Made by a program: the position numbers and the translations under genes. Below, one piece after another: positions 13,549 through 27,245 of a DNA stretch of 64,000 nt. How positions within the stretch are numbered: position 1 is the first letter of the stretch; each line of letters starts with the position of its first letter. This DNA comes from Octopus vulgaris (lineage: Eukaryota). The stretch is taken from positions 17,608,001 through 17,672,000 of the forward strand of contig OX597822.1 in assembly GCA_951406725.2 (NCBI GenBank), written 5' to 3'. Under the pieces are notes generated by a model that saw only the letters and a list, made by a program, of their open reading frames with translations, made no database searches and was not told the DNA's origin.

Positions 13549-16500
13549 TACCATGTTTATAAAACACGCTTTTCAAAAAATAATGTCTCAGAAAGTTGGC
13601 TTCTTTCCTATAAGCACTAAGTGTTTACAGGGTCAAGTATTACTGGTATGGAGTGGTTCAAGACATGGATAACCAAAATTGAAGTACATCTTAAGTTTGT
13701 GCTCCTTATAAGTCATCAAATGTGGTATATGTTTACAATATCCATCCACACACAAATGCATGCTATCTAGAAGATTTCACTGACCAGATATTGGTTACTG
13801 GAAAATACTTTCTTAAAGATCTACACCGAGGAATCTAACCCAGAAGCACATGGTTGCAATGCAGTAATGTTGCCCCTTCCCCTCTCACTCCTTCAAGGCT
13901 ATCCCTGTGCTTATTGCATAATTTTGAAGTGAAAATCCTAAGTTAAAGACTGAGAACATCAACAACCAGCAGGTCGTTATCTCCATTATACCCAAGGTGT
14001 TATTTATCTTGTCTGCATTTGGTCATGAAAAAAATAGATTGAGAATTATGTCTAGATTTTGGCAATAAAGCACAAACATTACAGAAGCAACAACACATTT
14101 TTATAATTAAAAAGTTCAGTTTATGTAAAAATATCTCATCAGCAGAATTATTATTTCACAGCTTCCAGATGAGAAGAAAATTATTTAAGAAAGCTGATTC
14201 ATTTTGCCATATGTTTCTAATAGTCTGCTTTTATATGTCTACTCTGAATTAATAAAGAAAACTACTCAGCAGTGAATAAATCCAGGAGAGTTTGTTGGGT
14301 TTGGTTGATGGCAGGATTAGTGAAAGTCTATGTTTTGAATTGTCATCCACTCATACAACTACAGCTCAAGGCATTAGCCCCTTCTATTCCTCCTATCATA
14401 CAAACGTTTACTGTCCAATTTTCCCTGCTTGCAGGGATCTCACAGATTTTTTTTGGCTGGATGCCCTTCCTGAGCACCAACCCTAACCTTTTCCCATGCA
14501 TGGTATAGCCCTCTACCCCCCACCTCCACTGGATATGTTTTTATGAAAGATTGGAATCTATGTATTTATATACGCTTGTACATGTGTGTGTATGCACATA
14601 AACATTTTATATAGGTGCATGCACATACAGTGTGTTCCATTAATAGTTTTGATCAGCCTGGGCTGTAGCAGAAGACACTTAAGATGCCACCCAGTGGAAC
14701 GGGATCAAAAACCACGTGGCTGGAATCGAGCTTCTTAACCACTCTGCCCAGATTGGAGTGCCTTGTGAACCTCAATTACCTGTCATATGCTACACCCACC
14801 CACAGTTATCAGACTTAGTTACTAAATGCTGTTTTATTAATTCTGAAGGCTGCCACGTTAGGTTCCAACATGTAATAACTCATTCATTTTTGTAAATAAC
14901 TATTTTAGAACTTTGAAGTTGTATGGTTTTACTCTGTGGAATTGGTTTATAACTCTGGTCTTCATTGGGATTATTGATCATCACTTTAGACTTTCACTGA
15001 TGCCATTGTCATAACAATACAACTTGAGTAAGGTAATTATTTATTACCATGATGATTTAGTAACTTTCTGGGTTTTTTTTATCTAGACACATCAACAGCT
15101 TTCTAAAATAAAACAAAACTTCATATTAAAAAACACATGAAAATATAAGATAGCATAGATGCAGGCTTGGCTAAGAAGCTTGCTTTGCATGGTATCTTGA
15201 GCAAGTGTCTTCTAGTATAGCCCTGAGCTGATCAGAGACTTGTGAATGGATTTGGTTGACAGAAACTGTCATTATATATATTATCACACACACACAAAGG
15301 TTTCTTTCAGTTTCCGTCTACCAATTCCACTCATACAATGACTTTGATTGGCCTGGGGTTTTACTAGAAGACACCCAAGGTGCTATGGAAGCTTCTTAGC
15401 CTCACAGCCATTAGATTAACAGCATAGTTAGTGTGTCTGGAGAAATGCTTCTTATTAACTTTCTACCTTCTGAGTTCAAATTCTGCTGAACTCTATTCAG
15501 TTTCCTGTTCTTCTATGAGTCAATGAAATGAATACCAACCATCAAGTACCAGGTGACCCTAATTTGCTTATCTGTTTGGAGACCCTTGAAAGAAGCAAAA
15601 GTTTTCTACTGGATGCTGCTTCCTATCATTAACCCTTGTTTTGAAAGTGCCAAGCATCTGATTGTAATGTCAACAAAAGATTTCATTCAGCCAAATTCCT
15701 AGATGTGAATGTCATAATATAAGACTAAGATCTTTTAAAGATGCAAACAGGGTGGAAAGAAATTCAAATTTCATAGCTATTAATTTGATAGATGTCCCAT
15801 AATGTTGAGGAGGTGTTGTTATCTATCTGAAGAATTAGACAACTATATTTTAAACACTTCACTAGGCTAATCAATTGTTTGGTAACACATAATGGTAAGC
15901 TCACCTGTCCTGTCTTAAGCATCCAATTCTGATAGGCAATTAAACAGATGATATAATAGAATCTAGACTTGGTATGTTATAACACTTTATTAGATTCTTT
16001 CAATAGCAATTTCATAGAAAATAAATCTTACTTTGACTTTAAAATAGCGTGCTTTATCTTGGAAATTATATTTTTGTCTGTAACCCATTGTATAAAGAAA
16101 CAATAAATAAATAATAATTAGACATAAAGCACAAGTTAAGCTGCTAGCAATACAAGACTGCATTGTCGTTAGTTTCATTTCCTGGTTAAAGTTATTTCAC
16201 TTCATTTATGTTATTAATGCTGCCTCACTTGAGAGCTTCACGGAGCCATTTAAAAATGTGCGACCTTTTGCCTATATGAGAAAACCTCTCTATGGTTGTA
16301 CAGTTTGCAAGAAATAAAAGCTAAATTTCCTCAAATCCTAATAAAAGGTATTAAATTCTTATTAAAAAGGAAGTATGCATGTGACACTGCATTCTTAGAC
16401 ATACATAAACATAAGCTGATTACCACTAGAATACCTTTGATCTCAGGCCTTCCCTATCATGGCTTGGGTATATGATGTCTCGGATCACTGAGTGTTGTCA

Positions 16501-17289
16501 GCTTCTGTATGTGATGGTGTCATGGATCAACTGGTTGGAACCATTTCAGCTCTATTCCGGTTGAATACCAGCATAATTACAAGTAAGTTCATCAGATCTC
16601 CCCTTGTGCTAGGAATATTACAAATACTTGTATAGTGTGACTTAGTGGTTATGATGTTGGATTCATGATTGTTAGGTGATGGGGTTCATTTCTCTGACCA
16701 GGAAGCTTGCATTCTTTAGCAAAGCATTTCATTTCTTGTTGCTTCAGTACACCCAGCTGAAAATACATTCCAGGAGCTTCTGGGGATTAAACCTGGCAGC
16801 AGTCTGGTACCCCAAAGTCTGGATTAGTTCCAGACATGTGATCCTATAGGCTCATATCTTCATGGTCATCTTGCTTTCACCATTTGTAAGAGTTGCAGTT
16901 AATAAGGGCATCAAACAAGGGGATACCATCTTTCTAAAGTTCTCCACTGATTCCCTTGAAATTGTCATCAGAGACATTAACTGGAACGGCAGCATTGGTG
17001 TCAGTGAGCCACTAACACATCACTTGATTCTTAGACAACATTGTCCTCATTGCAGAAACTTCACATTAACTGCAGATCATGATGATATCTGCACACCCAG
17101 AGGCCAGTAGTTGATGTCAAAATAAACTGCGTGTAAATGAAGTACATGTGGTCTGAAAATGTAGCACAAGGCTGAATAGTGTTGAGAGGCTGTGAAATTG
17201 AGATGAGTGGGTCTACTATGGACAGACAGTAAACGAATGCCGAAATCTCCTGCCAAGTAAGAACAGGGTGGAATGCATTAATGTTACTT

Positions 17290-17505
17290 CACCCTTTAGC
17301 ATTTAAGCCAGCCATATCCAGCCCAAATCGTCTACCTGTTTTATGTTCAAATTGACCAGATCCAGCTTCTCACACATAACTTACAAGGTTATTGTAAAGA
17401 TACACAGTTGTATTTTTGAAATCTTGAAGGTGTGAGATAATGCAATATCTATTCAAAACAAATGTGACTGAATAAGCATTGCGTTTGACAGAATAATCTG
17501 ATGGG
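17290..17505. mobile_element. Decayed TTAA-type MITE, family 1
   Basis: ccctttagcatttaagccagccatatcc... is the reverse complement of the right part of the intact 39604-39822 copy. Confidence 0.7.
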
Positions 17506-19929
17506 TTCCAGGCACAGCTGGGCAAGTCTTTTCAATCGTACCCTCTTATATGCAAGACATGGTTTACAATGAAGAAGGGAAAACATTGGCTAACTCTGAC
17601 GATGAAGGTTATGGAAAGATCCATGCCAGGAATAGTGTTGTGGATGCATATCTGATAAGTGTATTCTGAGTGGAAAACCAAAAGCACATGGTCTGCTCAG
17701 CCGAACATGTAACGAGGTTTACAGACAAGTAATGAACCTGTGCAGTTGAGTGATATCCAAGAAATCAGATCATTCATGATGACTGGAAGACAGGATAGTT
17801 AAATATTTCAGGTTCAAATGGAACAGAAGGCACTATCAAGAGAAGAATGGAAGCATATTGCAACCAGCAATGTGTAGGGACATCTAATAATCTAATCAAG
17901 AAAGAAATCCTGAAGATTACCAGAATCAGTTCAGCAATATTTCATAATAGACACAGGTAAATAATAATGTGGTCAGAAAGTTTGCTTCACAACTTGGTGG
18001 TTTTAGGTCATTCCCATGACATAATTCTTTGATCAATTATGTTTGATGGAAACTGTGCAGAAGCATGTCCTATATATTCTTTCATTATTTTGTTAACTTT
18101 TTGATGCTGTCATGGAAAACAAAAAAAAATTATCAAGGCATTGTTTGTATAGTCAAATACCCTTCCCATCGTTAACCCTCACCTATTTTTCAAGTAAAGG
18201 GGGTTTTCATTCTTTTCATTTTTTGAAAATGCAGAAATAGAAATGATGGGCTTTATACAGTTTCTGTTTACCGAATTCAGTGCAAGATATTGGTTAACCA
18301 GTGCCTATAGTGGAAGATACTTGCCCAAGAAGCCTCCCATTGGAACAACTTAATCTGAAACCTGTTGTTGAGAAGCAAACTTTTAAGCTATGCACCTCTG
18401 CCAGTGACTATAAACCACACAACCTTACCTTCGTGCATGCACACACATGTGTGTGTGGCTTCTGACCATTTGGCAAATGCTGTTCATATAACTTAGCAGT
18501 TTGGTTATAAACAATTGGTAGAATAAGTTAGACTGTAAGTGCAGGGACCAATTTGGAATATATAAAACCTCCAGCATGGTCACAATCCATTGACTAAATC
18601 CATTAAAAAAAGGAATGCACTCCTTTTGCACATCTAAACTGTTTTGTAGAAAAAGAAGGAAATGTCTAATTGTAATTGAATTCCATTCGCTGAAGGCTTA
18701 CTAAAATATTACTTTTCTTTAAAATTCTTCAGATTTTTCAATATATGTAATTTAGGAGAAAGGGGGAAGCTAATGTAATATATATCGCCTGATATCTGGC
18801 AGGTGATGAATGATCAATGTCTATTGGCTTTAATTTACGATTTTCATTTGTAAACCAATATGTACAAAGGAATTAGAATTTCTGTTTTATATTCCCCACT
18901 GGATTACACTAGAAAACCTCATTTTCCTTGTCTTATCATCATCATTTAATGTCCATTTTCCATTATTTTTGAATTCTTTTTAGAATCTGTTTATGAAGTG
19001 ACATTGATATAGCTTATGTTTTCTCTCCCATTCTGTCTGTCTGTATTTCTCTTTGACTCATTTTATTGGACAGCTTTGCAGGTTAGAAGAACATTAACTT
19101 GAATGGTTCAGTCTTTTTATAGGCAGAGTCCTTTCCTAACACTATGCCCTACGCACATATAAATCATTAACAAATGAATAAATAAGTAAAAGATGGAATC
19201 AAATAGTATTTAGAATCAAGACATTATATTGGGTAAGAAAGAAGTTTAAAAATAAAATTAATTCTTGGATTTCCTTCTCTTTAAATGAAAATACAATCTG
19301 GAAACTAATTTTTTAAAATAGCAATTTGAAACAAAAAATATTTTTTTCTTTAATATTTATTAGTTTGTTTTTTTTCCTTTTTTGTCACTGGATTAGCAAA
19401 CTGTTGAAGGTGTGTTTCGCATCTGAAAATTTCTTTAACACACTTCTAACAAGGATAAAATTGTAGTGACAATGCTGAATTTCCTAATGGATGAGAAAAA
19501 TATGAAAATGATAGCTACAGGGGTTGGTCATGTCAGTGCTGGTCAATGTCCTGGATCTTTAATTATCAACATCTTCACTTGGCTGAAATATTCTCTTCTC
19601 TTTTGATGGTGGGTTCCTTTCATTCCCCCCACCCCTAAAGTAATCTTCCAGTTCATTACATATGCATTCTCATTCTTTTACCCTGTATCATTATTATCAA
19701 TGTCTTTGATGTGACTCTGAAATATAGCAACTAGGATTAGTTTACATTTGTATGTGTGAGGGTCAAATTTAGACTCCAAGAAACTGAAGATCTGCCCTTC
19801 AACAATTGTAATACTTAGTGGTTTGGCAAAAGAGACAGAAAAAAAAAAAATAGGGTCAATTCATTCAGCTAAAATTCTTCAAGGTGGTGCCCCAGCATGG
19901 CCACAGACAACTGAAACAAAGTAAGATAG

Positions 19930-20250
19930 ATGCAGGCATGGCTGAGTGGTTGTAAAACTTGCTTTACAACTGTGGTTCTGGTTTCAGTCCTTCTGTGCGA
20001 CACATTGTCTAGTGTCTTCTACTATAGCCCTGGGTCAACCAATGCCTTGTGAGTGAATTTGGTTGATGAGAAATGTGGAAGCCCATCGCGCGCGTGCGTG
20101 TGTGTGTGTGAGGTTACACTGCTTGATAACTGGTGTTGGTTAGTTTGTGTCCCTGTAACTTAGCAGTTCAGGAAAAGAAACCTATAGAAGAAGTACTGGA
20201 ATTGATTTGAGTAAACCTTTGCATGTGGTGCCTCACAATGGCCAGTAAAA
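19930..20250 (+). mobile_element. tRNA-CORE SINE, older copy, preceded by another SINE tail at ~19810-19920
   Basis: gcaggcatggctgagtggt...ttcagtcc...gtgtcttctactatagccc...gtggtgcctcacaatggcca. Confidence 0.75.
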
Positions 20251-20381
20251 AGTAATATGTGTATATCACCGTGACTGACCAGGCTATCAGATGTTGCTAC
20301 ACATCGCTGGTCACAATGCGCTTTGCATTGTTTTAGCCTTCAAATGACACCACCCCGCTGGCTAAGCAACCAGGCCAATTA

Positions 20382-20414
<33 letters not shown>

Positions 20415-21038
20415 GTATAGGGATAAAATATGAAAAATCAACGAAAATGCACATTGCAAATAAAAAAAAGGTTATTTATGACAGGTAACGACATATATAT
20501 ACATTTAGATTGACTGAGGTAGTAATAAGAGTCATAAAAGTCATAATTATGAGATGATTATAAGATGATAATAAAGTAAGAAAACAAATGGTTTACGCCA
20601 CAACAAAAAAAGCAAATGTCCTATTAGAAATACAAATAGCCCTGTGTAGATTGTTGCTAAGAAATGCTGAAGTCTTGCATTATTTGCCTTATTACAAACC
20701 GTACAGATTATAATTTTCAGTTTGTTAATTGTGTTTGTCTTTTTTTTTTTTCACTTGTATATAGTGTGGATTACTTTTAAGTTATTTTTCTGTGACTTCT
20801 TCCCTATATTGCAACACCAACAGTCCAAAGCCAGAGTGATTGATTGAGTGATGTGGTTGGCAAAGAAATACATGGTGAAAGCTGTAGAAGTGACCACCTA
20901 ATAATTTGGTCATCTGATGATCTGTTCCCATTGTCTTGGGGGTATTTTTCATCCAAGTTTCATTTGAGTTGGTACTTTGTAACAGAGTAGTAAAAAAGTT
21001 ATATTATTAGCTGTGAAAAAAATATGCTTCATACAACT

Positions 21039-21203
21039 GGCGCAGGAGTGGCTGTGTGGTAAGTAGCTTGTTTACCAACCACATGGTTCCGGGTTCAGTC
21101 CCACTGTGTGGCACCTTGGGCAAGTGTCTTCTACTATAGCCTCGGGCCGACCAAAGCCTTGTAAGTGGATTTGGTAGACGGAAACTGAAAGAAGCCCGTC
21201 ATA

Positions 21204-21234
<31 letters not shown>

Positions 21235-21424
21235 GCGTGTGTGTGTTTGTCCCCCTAGCATTGCTTGACAACTGATGCTGGTGTGTTTATGTCCCCGTTA
21301 CTTAGTGGTTCGGCAAAAGAGACCGATAAAATAAGTACTGGGCTTACAAAAGAATAGGTCCTGGGGTCGAGTTGCTCGATTAAAGGCGGTGCTCCAGCAT
21401 GGTCACAGTCAAATGACTGAAACA
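21039..21424 (+). mobile_element. Full-length tRNA-CORE SINE with internal (TA)n(TG)n and CR1-LINE-like 3' tail
   Basis: A box tggctgtgtggt, B box gggttcagtccc, CORE-like ggcaccttgggcaagtgtctt, tail ggcggtgctccagcatggtcacagtcaaatgactgaaac; near-identical to 32243-32645. Confidence 0.9.
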
Positions 21425-23982
21425 TGTATCTATCACTTGCTCACTCTCTTATCTGCTGCATGTAACTGCCTTTAGTGTATCTCTTTCATTTCACTTTGTT
21501 ATTACTCCTTCCAGCTCTCTCTCTCTATTCTCACTTCTGTTTCCTTTCCACATGAATTCATCTTCTGTGATCCCCTCTCTACCTTCTTTCCTCTTGGTCT
21601 TTGTGGCTCTGCTTGAACAGAAACCTCGTAACAGTATAATGAGGTCTCTTTTATCTTGCAGGGTTCAAGACAACCTCACTCATGCTGGTGCCACAATAAG
21701 ATGCATCCTGTAAAGTGGTTAAATAAGTAGACAAAATAGGGTTCGAAAGGAACCTTTAGTCTTATCAAAGATATGGCAACTTCTATAATGCTGCTCCGTG
21801 GTAAAATGCACACAGGGAACTTTATAAATTGGTTGATGTTAGGAAGGACATCAAACTGTAGAAATCATGCTAAAATCTCAAGTCAAAGATGGTTCCCTAC
21901 CATATAGGAGGGCATTAACTGTGTGTCAGAGTGAACTTCAACTATGATGATCCATCCAGCCCATACAAGCATGGGAAGCAGATGTATAATGGTGATGATG
22001 ATGATGATGTTCAGCTATAAAATGAGAAGTTCTACCAATGGCTGGAGGTGAACTGTTCGCCTCTGAACTTGAAGTGCAATTTTCTTTTGATATGTTGCTT
22101 TGAATTCCTAAATAAAATAATCATTTGCTTTGACTAGACATGAGGTCAACAACTCTATAAAGTTAATACATAATTAATTGAATCAATTTTAGTAAATCAA
22201 AGATCAATATTGATTGCATTTGTTTCTTATGACTCAGAATGGTTTCATAGTTCTTCACATTCAGCATATTTGCATGTATTGTTAGAATTGTTCCCATTTC
22301 TAAGAATTCAAACATAAGAGATGGGTAACAGCTGTGTTCATCACTTCCATCAAGTGGGCAAGAAGACATAATGAAAAGGACACACTAACTGCAAGATGTG
22401 TTGAGAGAGAAATAGTAATGGCATGGCTGCAAAAGAAGTCTTTTCTCCTTGGGGAACATTTTTATAAAGGCAGCACTTTCACGCCTTCCATAAAAGCTGC
22501 ACTGGGGCCCAACAGGATGGGGTTGTCCTAGATGGCACAAACTCTGGATGTGTCACTCTGGTTTAAAATCTTATAGCAACTATATGTTACTGCTGAAAGA
22601 GTTGGTAAGTGATGGGTGTTCATATCTAAAGCTGAAAGAATTTATTTACAAATAAACAATTGTGTTCTTAGCTCTGACACTTCATCTTTTGAGGAAGAAA
22701 AGGTTGTCCTAAGATTTATGACTAAATTAAGTGGTCCTCTTTAAAAAAAAAAAATAAATACCGAGTTTGCTGAAGGTAGATTTAGTACTTCAATCTACAC
22801 AATCTCTGCTTTTTCATCAACCTCATAAGAAACTCTGAAGAAGCTCTTTCATTAGCTGTTATCATAATCTAACATCCACTTTTCCCTGCTTGCATGGGCT
22901 CCTGTTGCCAACCCTCACCTGTTTCCAAACAAGGGAATTTCCTCTCATACTGAAGCACGTTTTCCATGCAAGACTAGAAACAAACAATATTGCTACAATG
23001 TTGATGATGCTTGCTTACAACAACCGTGATGCCTAGACAAGGGTACTTAAATACACACATGCATTTAATTGCCATGTATATAAATATGTGTATCTTTACA
23101 CACCCACACACACAAGCTTCTTTGAACCCCACACCACAAGGCTGGTTAAAGCAAGCTTCTTAACCACAGCCATACCTGTTAATAGTAATTATTTCAACAT
23201 GGTGAATTAAAAGTGAAAAAGAAAGGAAAGGTATTTTATTCATAGTAAAGTAATAATATAATTTTTTTTTTTTTTGTTTGGGATACCGTATTAAATGGTG
23301 AAAGAAAAGGGGCTGTTGCAATTTCAAACAAACTGGTTGGCATTAAAATCTTGTCATTGGAGAAATATGATTGCAACTGTTCTTTTACTTCCAACATCTG
23401 TTGGTTATGAAAATAATCTTAGATGTTGGAACTGTTGTGATAAACACAGTAACAGCAGCAAGAAACCAGTTAAATTCTCCCCCAGCACTTAAATACCAAT
23501 GATTGTAAGTTTTTGTAGAACATGATTTTTAGAATTTTGTTTCTCAAGTAAATTAGAACATCAACAACAAAATGGAAATATTTTGATTAGCAATCTCTGA
23601 TTAATGTTAATTTATTCAAGTGTTTGATGTGTATTAAACTTTGGAAAAAAAAAAAATTACAAGTTTTTCTTTTTTTTTTTTTTTTTCTTTTTCCTGTTAA
23701 GCTGGTAGTTTCCACCTGATAAGATTGCTAAATGAAGTTAATTTATCAAATGATAGCTAGGAAAATAGACAACAAAATATCAGCTTATGTCAAATGAAGC
23801 AATACTTTTTTTTTCTAAGTAGAGTAAGAAAATATTAGTTTTAGTTGAAAGGAGGGACATGCCCCTGGATAAGCATTGACTGGCTACAGCTATAAATATT
23901 AATTTTGAAACATAACAATCAAGTGATTTCCTCCTATTCATTATAAAAAGAACTAATTTTTTTCTTGTTTCAGTTATTGGAT

Positions 23983-24332
23983 TGTGGCTACGCTGGAGCA
24001 CTGCCTTTACAGATTTTATCCGTCAAATCAGCCCCCTACTTATTTAGAGTCTGGTAGTCATTTATCAGTCTTTTTTGCCAAATTGCTAAGTTATGGGAAC
24101 AATCTAATAGCAGTTTTCAAGCAGTAAGACACACACACACACACATGTACACCTGCATTTGTGCATGTACATGAAGACATTTTTGACAGACCAGCCAGTT
24201 TTTATTACATTCACTCACAACACACTGGTTGTCGTCAGTCTATGGGTGAAGATACTTGCTCAAGGTGCTGCTCTCTAGGATTGAATCTGAAGTAGAGTGG
24301 TTGCAAAGAGAACTTCTCAACCATACAGCCCA
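23983..24332 (-). mobile_element. Diverged tRNA-CORE SINE with CR1-like tail
   Basis: The plus strand shows gtggctacgctggagcactgccttta (tail) through gatacttgctcaaggtgc...aaccatacagcc (head). Confidence 0.7.
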
Positions 24333-25817
24333 TATATAAGCCTAATGCATGAAATTTGATGTATAATTTAGTAAATTGTTTTATTCAGGCACAATTTCCT
24401 CATATTTTTCACCTTCAAGTGTGTGTGCATATTCACAATGGATTTCCATACAGTTTCTATCTCCCCAATTAGCTGGAGTGGAAGAGTAGAAAATGTCAAC
24501 TGTGGTTTGAATTGAGTTAAAAACACCTTAAAATGGAATGTAATAAATGAATAACCTACAAAAATGAAAAAAGTTTCATTGATGTGTTGTATCGTATGAG
24601 ACAAACATAGTAAAGCGCATAAAATGAAAGCATTACTCTCATATGTTTTTCTTACTTATGAGGAAAAAATAATTTTAACTGTTTTATTGTCTTAGAGCAT
24701 AGTCAAATCAGTTTGGAAGTATGGTTAAATTGGAATCTGTGATATAGTTAATTATTGTTTTTATGTGCAACATTCATATGACTCACTTGAATGAGAGTAA
24801 GAATTGCTGAGACACTCTTCCACTTAGTGCCAATCTTCATTTTCTTTGATTTTAAGTTTGAAATAAATTTAGATAATATGAAATGTATACGGTTTTTAGT
24901 AATATCAAGCTTTCAAATAGCTGGTTCTTAAATCCAATGTACAAATCAAGAATTGTGTTAGTGCTAACATAAGCTGAGTAAATAATTTCTTGAAAAGTAC
25001 ATTTGTGGCTGAATGAGCATTTTGGGTGAATAGAATTTCCAGGCTGGATGAAAGATGATCATTCTTGATACTGTTAAAAAATGATGCACTTAATAGTTGA
25101 ATAAAAGACTTTAAGAGAATAATAATCTTAATATTTGTGATTACTCACAGAAATATTTTTGTAACACTTTTTAAGATTTTAATGACTTAGTTGGAAATTT
25201 GTTGGCTAAACAAAGAATTGAACCAAGTAATCTTTTATGATCTATTTTTTCTGAGTTAGTGAATTTTGAAAATTATGAAGAATTTAGTAAAATGGATTTG
25301 TAATTATTTAGGCTGGTGTTTGGAACATAAATTGACATGAAATTCTGATGGGAGGTTTTAACTTTGATCACTTCAAATAAGACGTTTGTGTCACAAAATC
25401 AAGAGCAGTCTTAGGTTGGTATTAAAACGGTTAATATATTTTTTGCGAATCTATTTCACACTGGTCTACCAATGTAATATTATAAAACTAGAATTATTAA
25501 AAGAGATGATTGAGTGTAATATAGAAAAGGTTTTTATGCAAATTATGGTGTTGAGGCTGGAACCTTTAAGTTATAATTCTGACTGTATTCAACTCTTATG
25601 AAATTATATTCTCAACTCGTAGAAAACTGACGTTAAATTATGATGATGAGTTATCTTCGTGTTCTATACACACCCACACACAATGACTCCCTGCTAGAAA
25701 GCAGATGAAAAATGATTATACATGTATATATACACAGACACCTTCAATTTTCAAAATGTTTTATTTAATATGCATAGCGAACAATTGAAATGTAATCGAT
25801 AGGTAGGACTACATACT

Positions 25818-26764
25818 TTAGTATTTAGTTAACATTCCCTTTGCAGTTTTTAATTCAGAAACTCTTTTTGGCATTGAACTGATGAGCTCTGTGATTGTCT
25901 CTTGTGGAATTTCTGCCCACTTTTCATGCTACAATCGAAACAATTCATCTTTAGATTTAGGTTTCTGTTCAGTTTTGCATATAGCTCTCTCTAGTATGCT
26001 CCAAAGATTTTCAATTGGGTTTATGTCAGGAGATTGGCTCAGCCAAGGAAGCTTTTTGATCCTATTTTCAGTCAGCCATTTTTGATTCCTTTTTGCTGTG
26101 TGGCATGGAGCCCCATCTTCCATGAATAAAAACTCATTTTTCGTTATTTTATCATGTGAATACATCGGAAATAGTCCTTGTTTAAGTATTTTGATGTATT
26201 TTTCAGAGTTTATCGTTCCCACACATTCGGTCAGCTCAGAACGACGATTGCTGGTGACAGCTCCCCATACCATTACAGAGATACCACTTGAGTCGTTTCA
26301 AGTCAAATTCTTCATTGGGAAGCCTTCAGACCCAAACACATTCACTATCTAAAAATAATGCAAATCTGGATTCATCTGAGAAAATCACTCTATCCCTAAA
26401 TGAACTGCATTTTTCTGACATCTCCTTTGCCCATTTCTTTCTTTTCATGATATTAATTGGTTGAAGAAGTTTTCTTCTAGCTGCTCGTCCATAGTACCCA
26501 AGCTTATGCAGAAATGTAACACACGTTCTTGGACTAACTTGTAGCTGTTTTGCAATGTCAGAAGCCTTCAAACGGGGTTCTTTTTCCACAATTCTCTTCA
26601 AACGGTGAAGCTTCCTTTTCAAGAGTCCACCCAGGTTGGCCGGGATGAGAATTGGTTGATTCTTTTCCTTGGCTTTTGACTTGCACTATAATTCTATCAA
26701 CAGTAGCAAGAGGAATTTGATGATTTTTGGCAATTTTTCGCTGATTGCTCAACAATACAACCAC
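25818..26764 (-). pseudogene. Degenerate Tc1-family transposase (DD34E)
   Basis: Three frameshifted ORFs: HTH region (RKIAKNHQIPLATVDRII), VIFSDESRF, MVWGAV, then FMEDGAPCH-x-SPDINPIENLW with 34 residues between D and E; C-terminus AKGMLTKY*. TIRs not identified. Confidence 0.92.
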
Positions 26765-26854
26765 TGAACATATTCAACGACCTTTTTATGAACTGGATGT
26801 CCTACTCACTGAATTAATGTCCAAAGTGGTTGAGTGTTCCATAGATACTTGTAA

Positions 26855-27245
26855 CATCATCATCATCATTTAACGTCTGCTTTCCATGCTAGCAGGGGTT
26901 GGACGATTTGACTGAGGTCTGGTGAACCAGACTCCAATCTGATCTGGCAGAGTTTCTACAGCTGGATGCCCTTCCTAACGGCAACCACTCTGAGAGTGTA
27001 GTGGGTACTTTTACGTGCCACTGGCACTGGCAATGGCTATGCCCAAATAGTGCTTTTTACATGCCACCTACACAGGAGCCAGTCCAGCAGCACTGGCGAC
27101 GACCTCGCTCAAATGTTTCATGTGCCACCAGCACAAGTGCTAGTAAGGTGATGCGGTAACGATCACACTCGAATGGTGTGCTTACCGTGCCATCGGCACA
27201 AAGGCCAGCTTGTTGCTCTGGCAATGATCTCACTCGTATGGTACT
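26855..27245 (-). mobile_element. 5'-truncated RTE LINE 3' UTR copy with (GAT)n tail
   Basis: catcatcatcatttaacgtc...catgctagca...tttctacagctggatgcccttcctaa matches the 3' end of the RTE at 58195-59215. Confidence 0.8.

Noticed and set aside
16760-17900. Possible LINE endonuclease/RT relic (IVIRDIN resembling GDFN)
   Set aside because: Too decayed to support; no second motif found in frame.
21039-21115. tRNA-like A/B boxes
   Set aside because: SINE heads continuing into CORE and tail sequence; no complete cloverleaf, so not called as tRNA genes.
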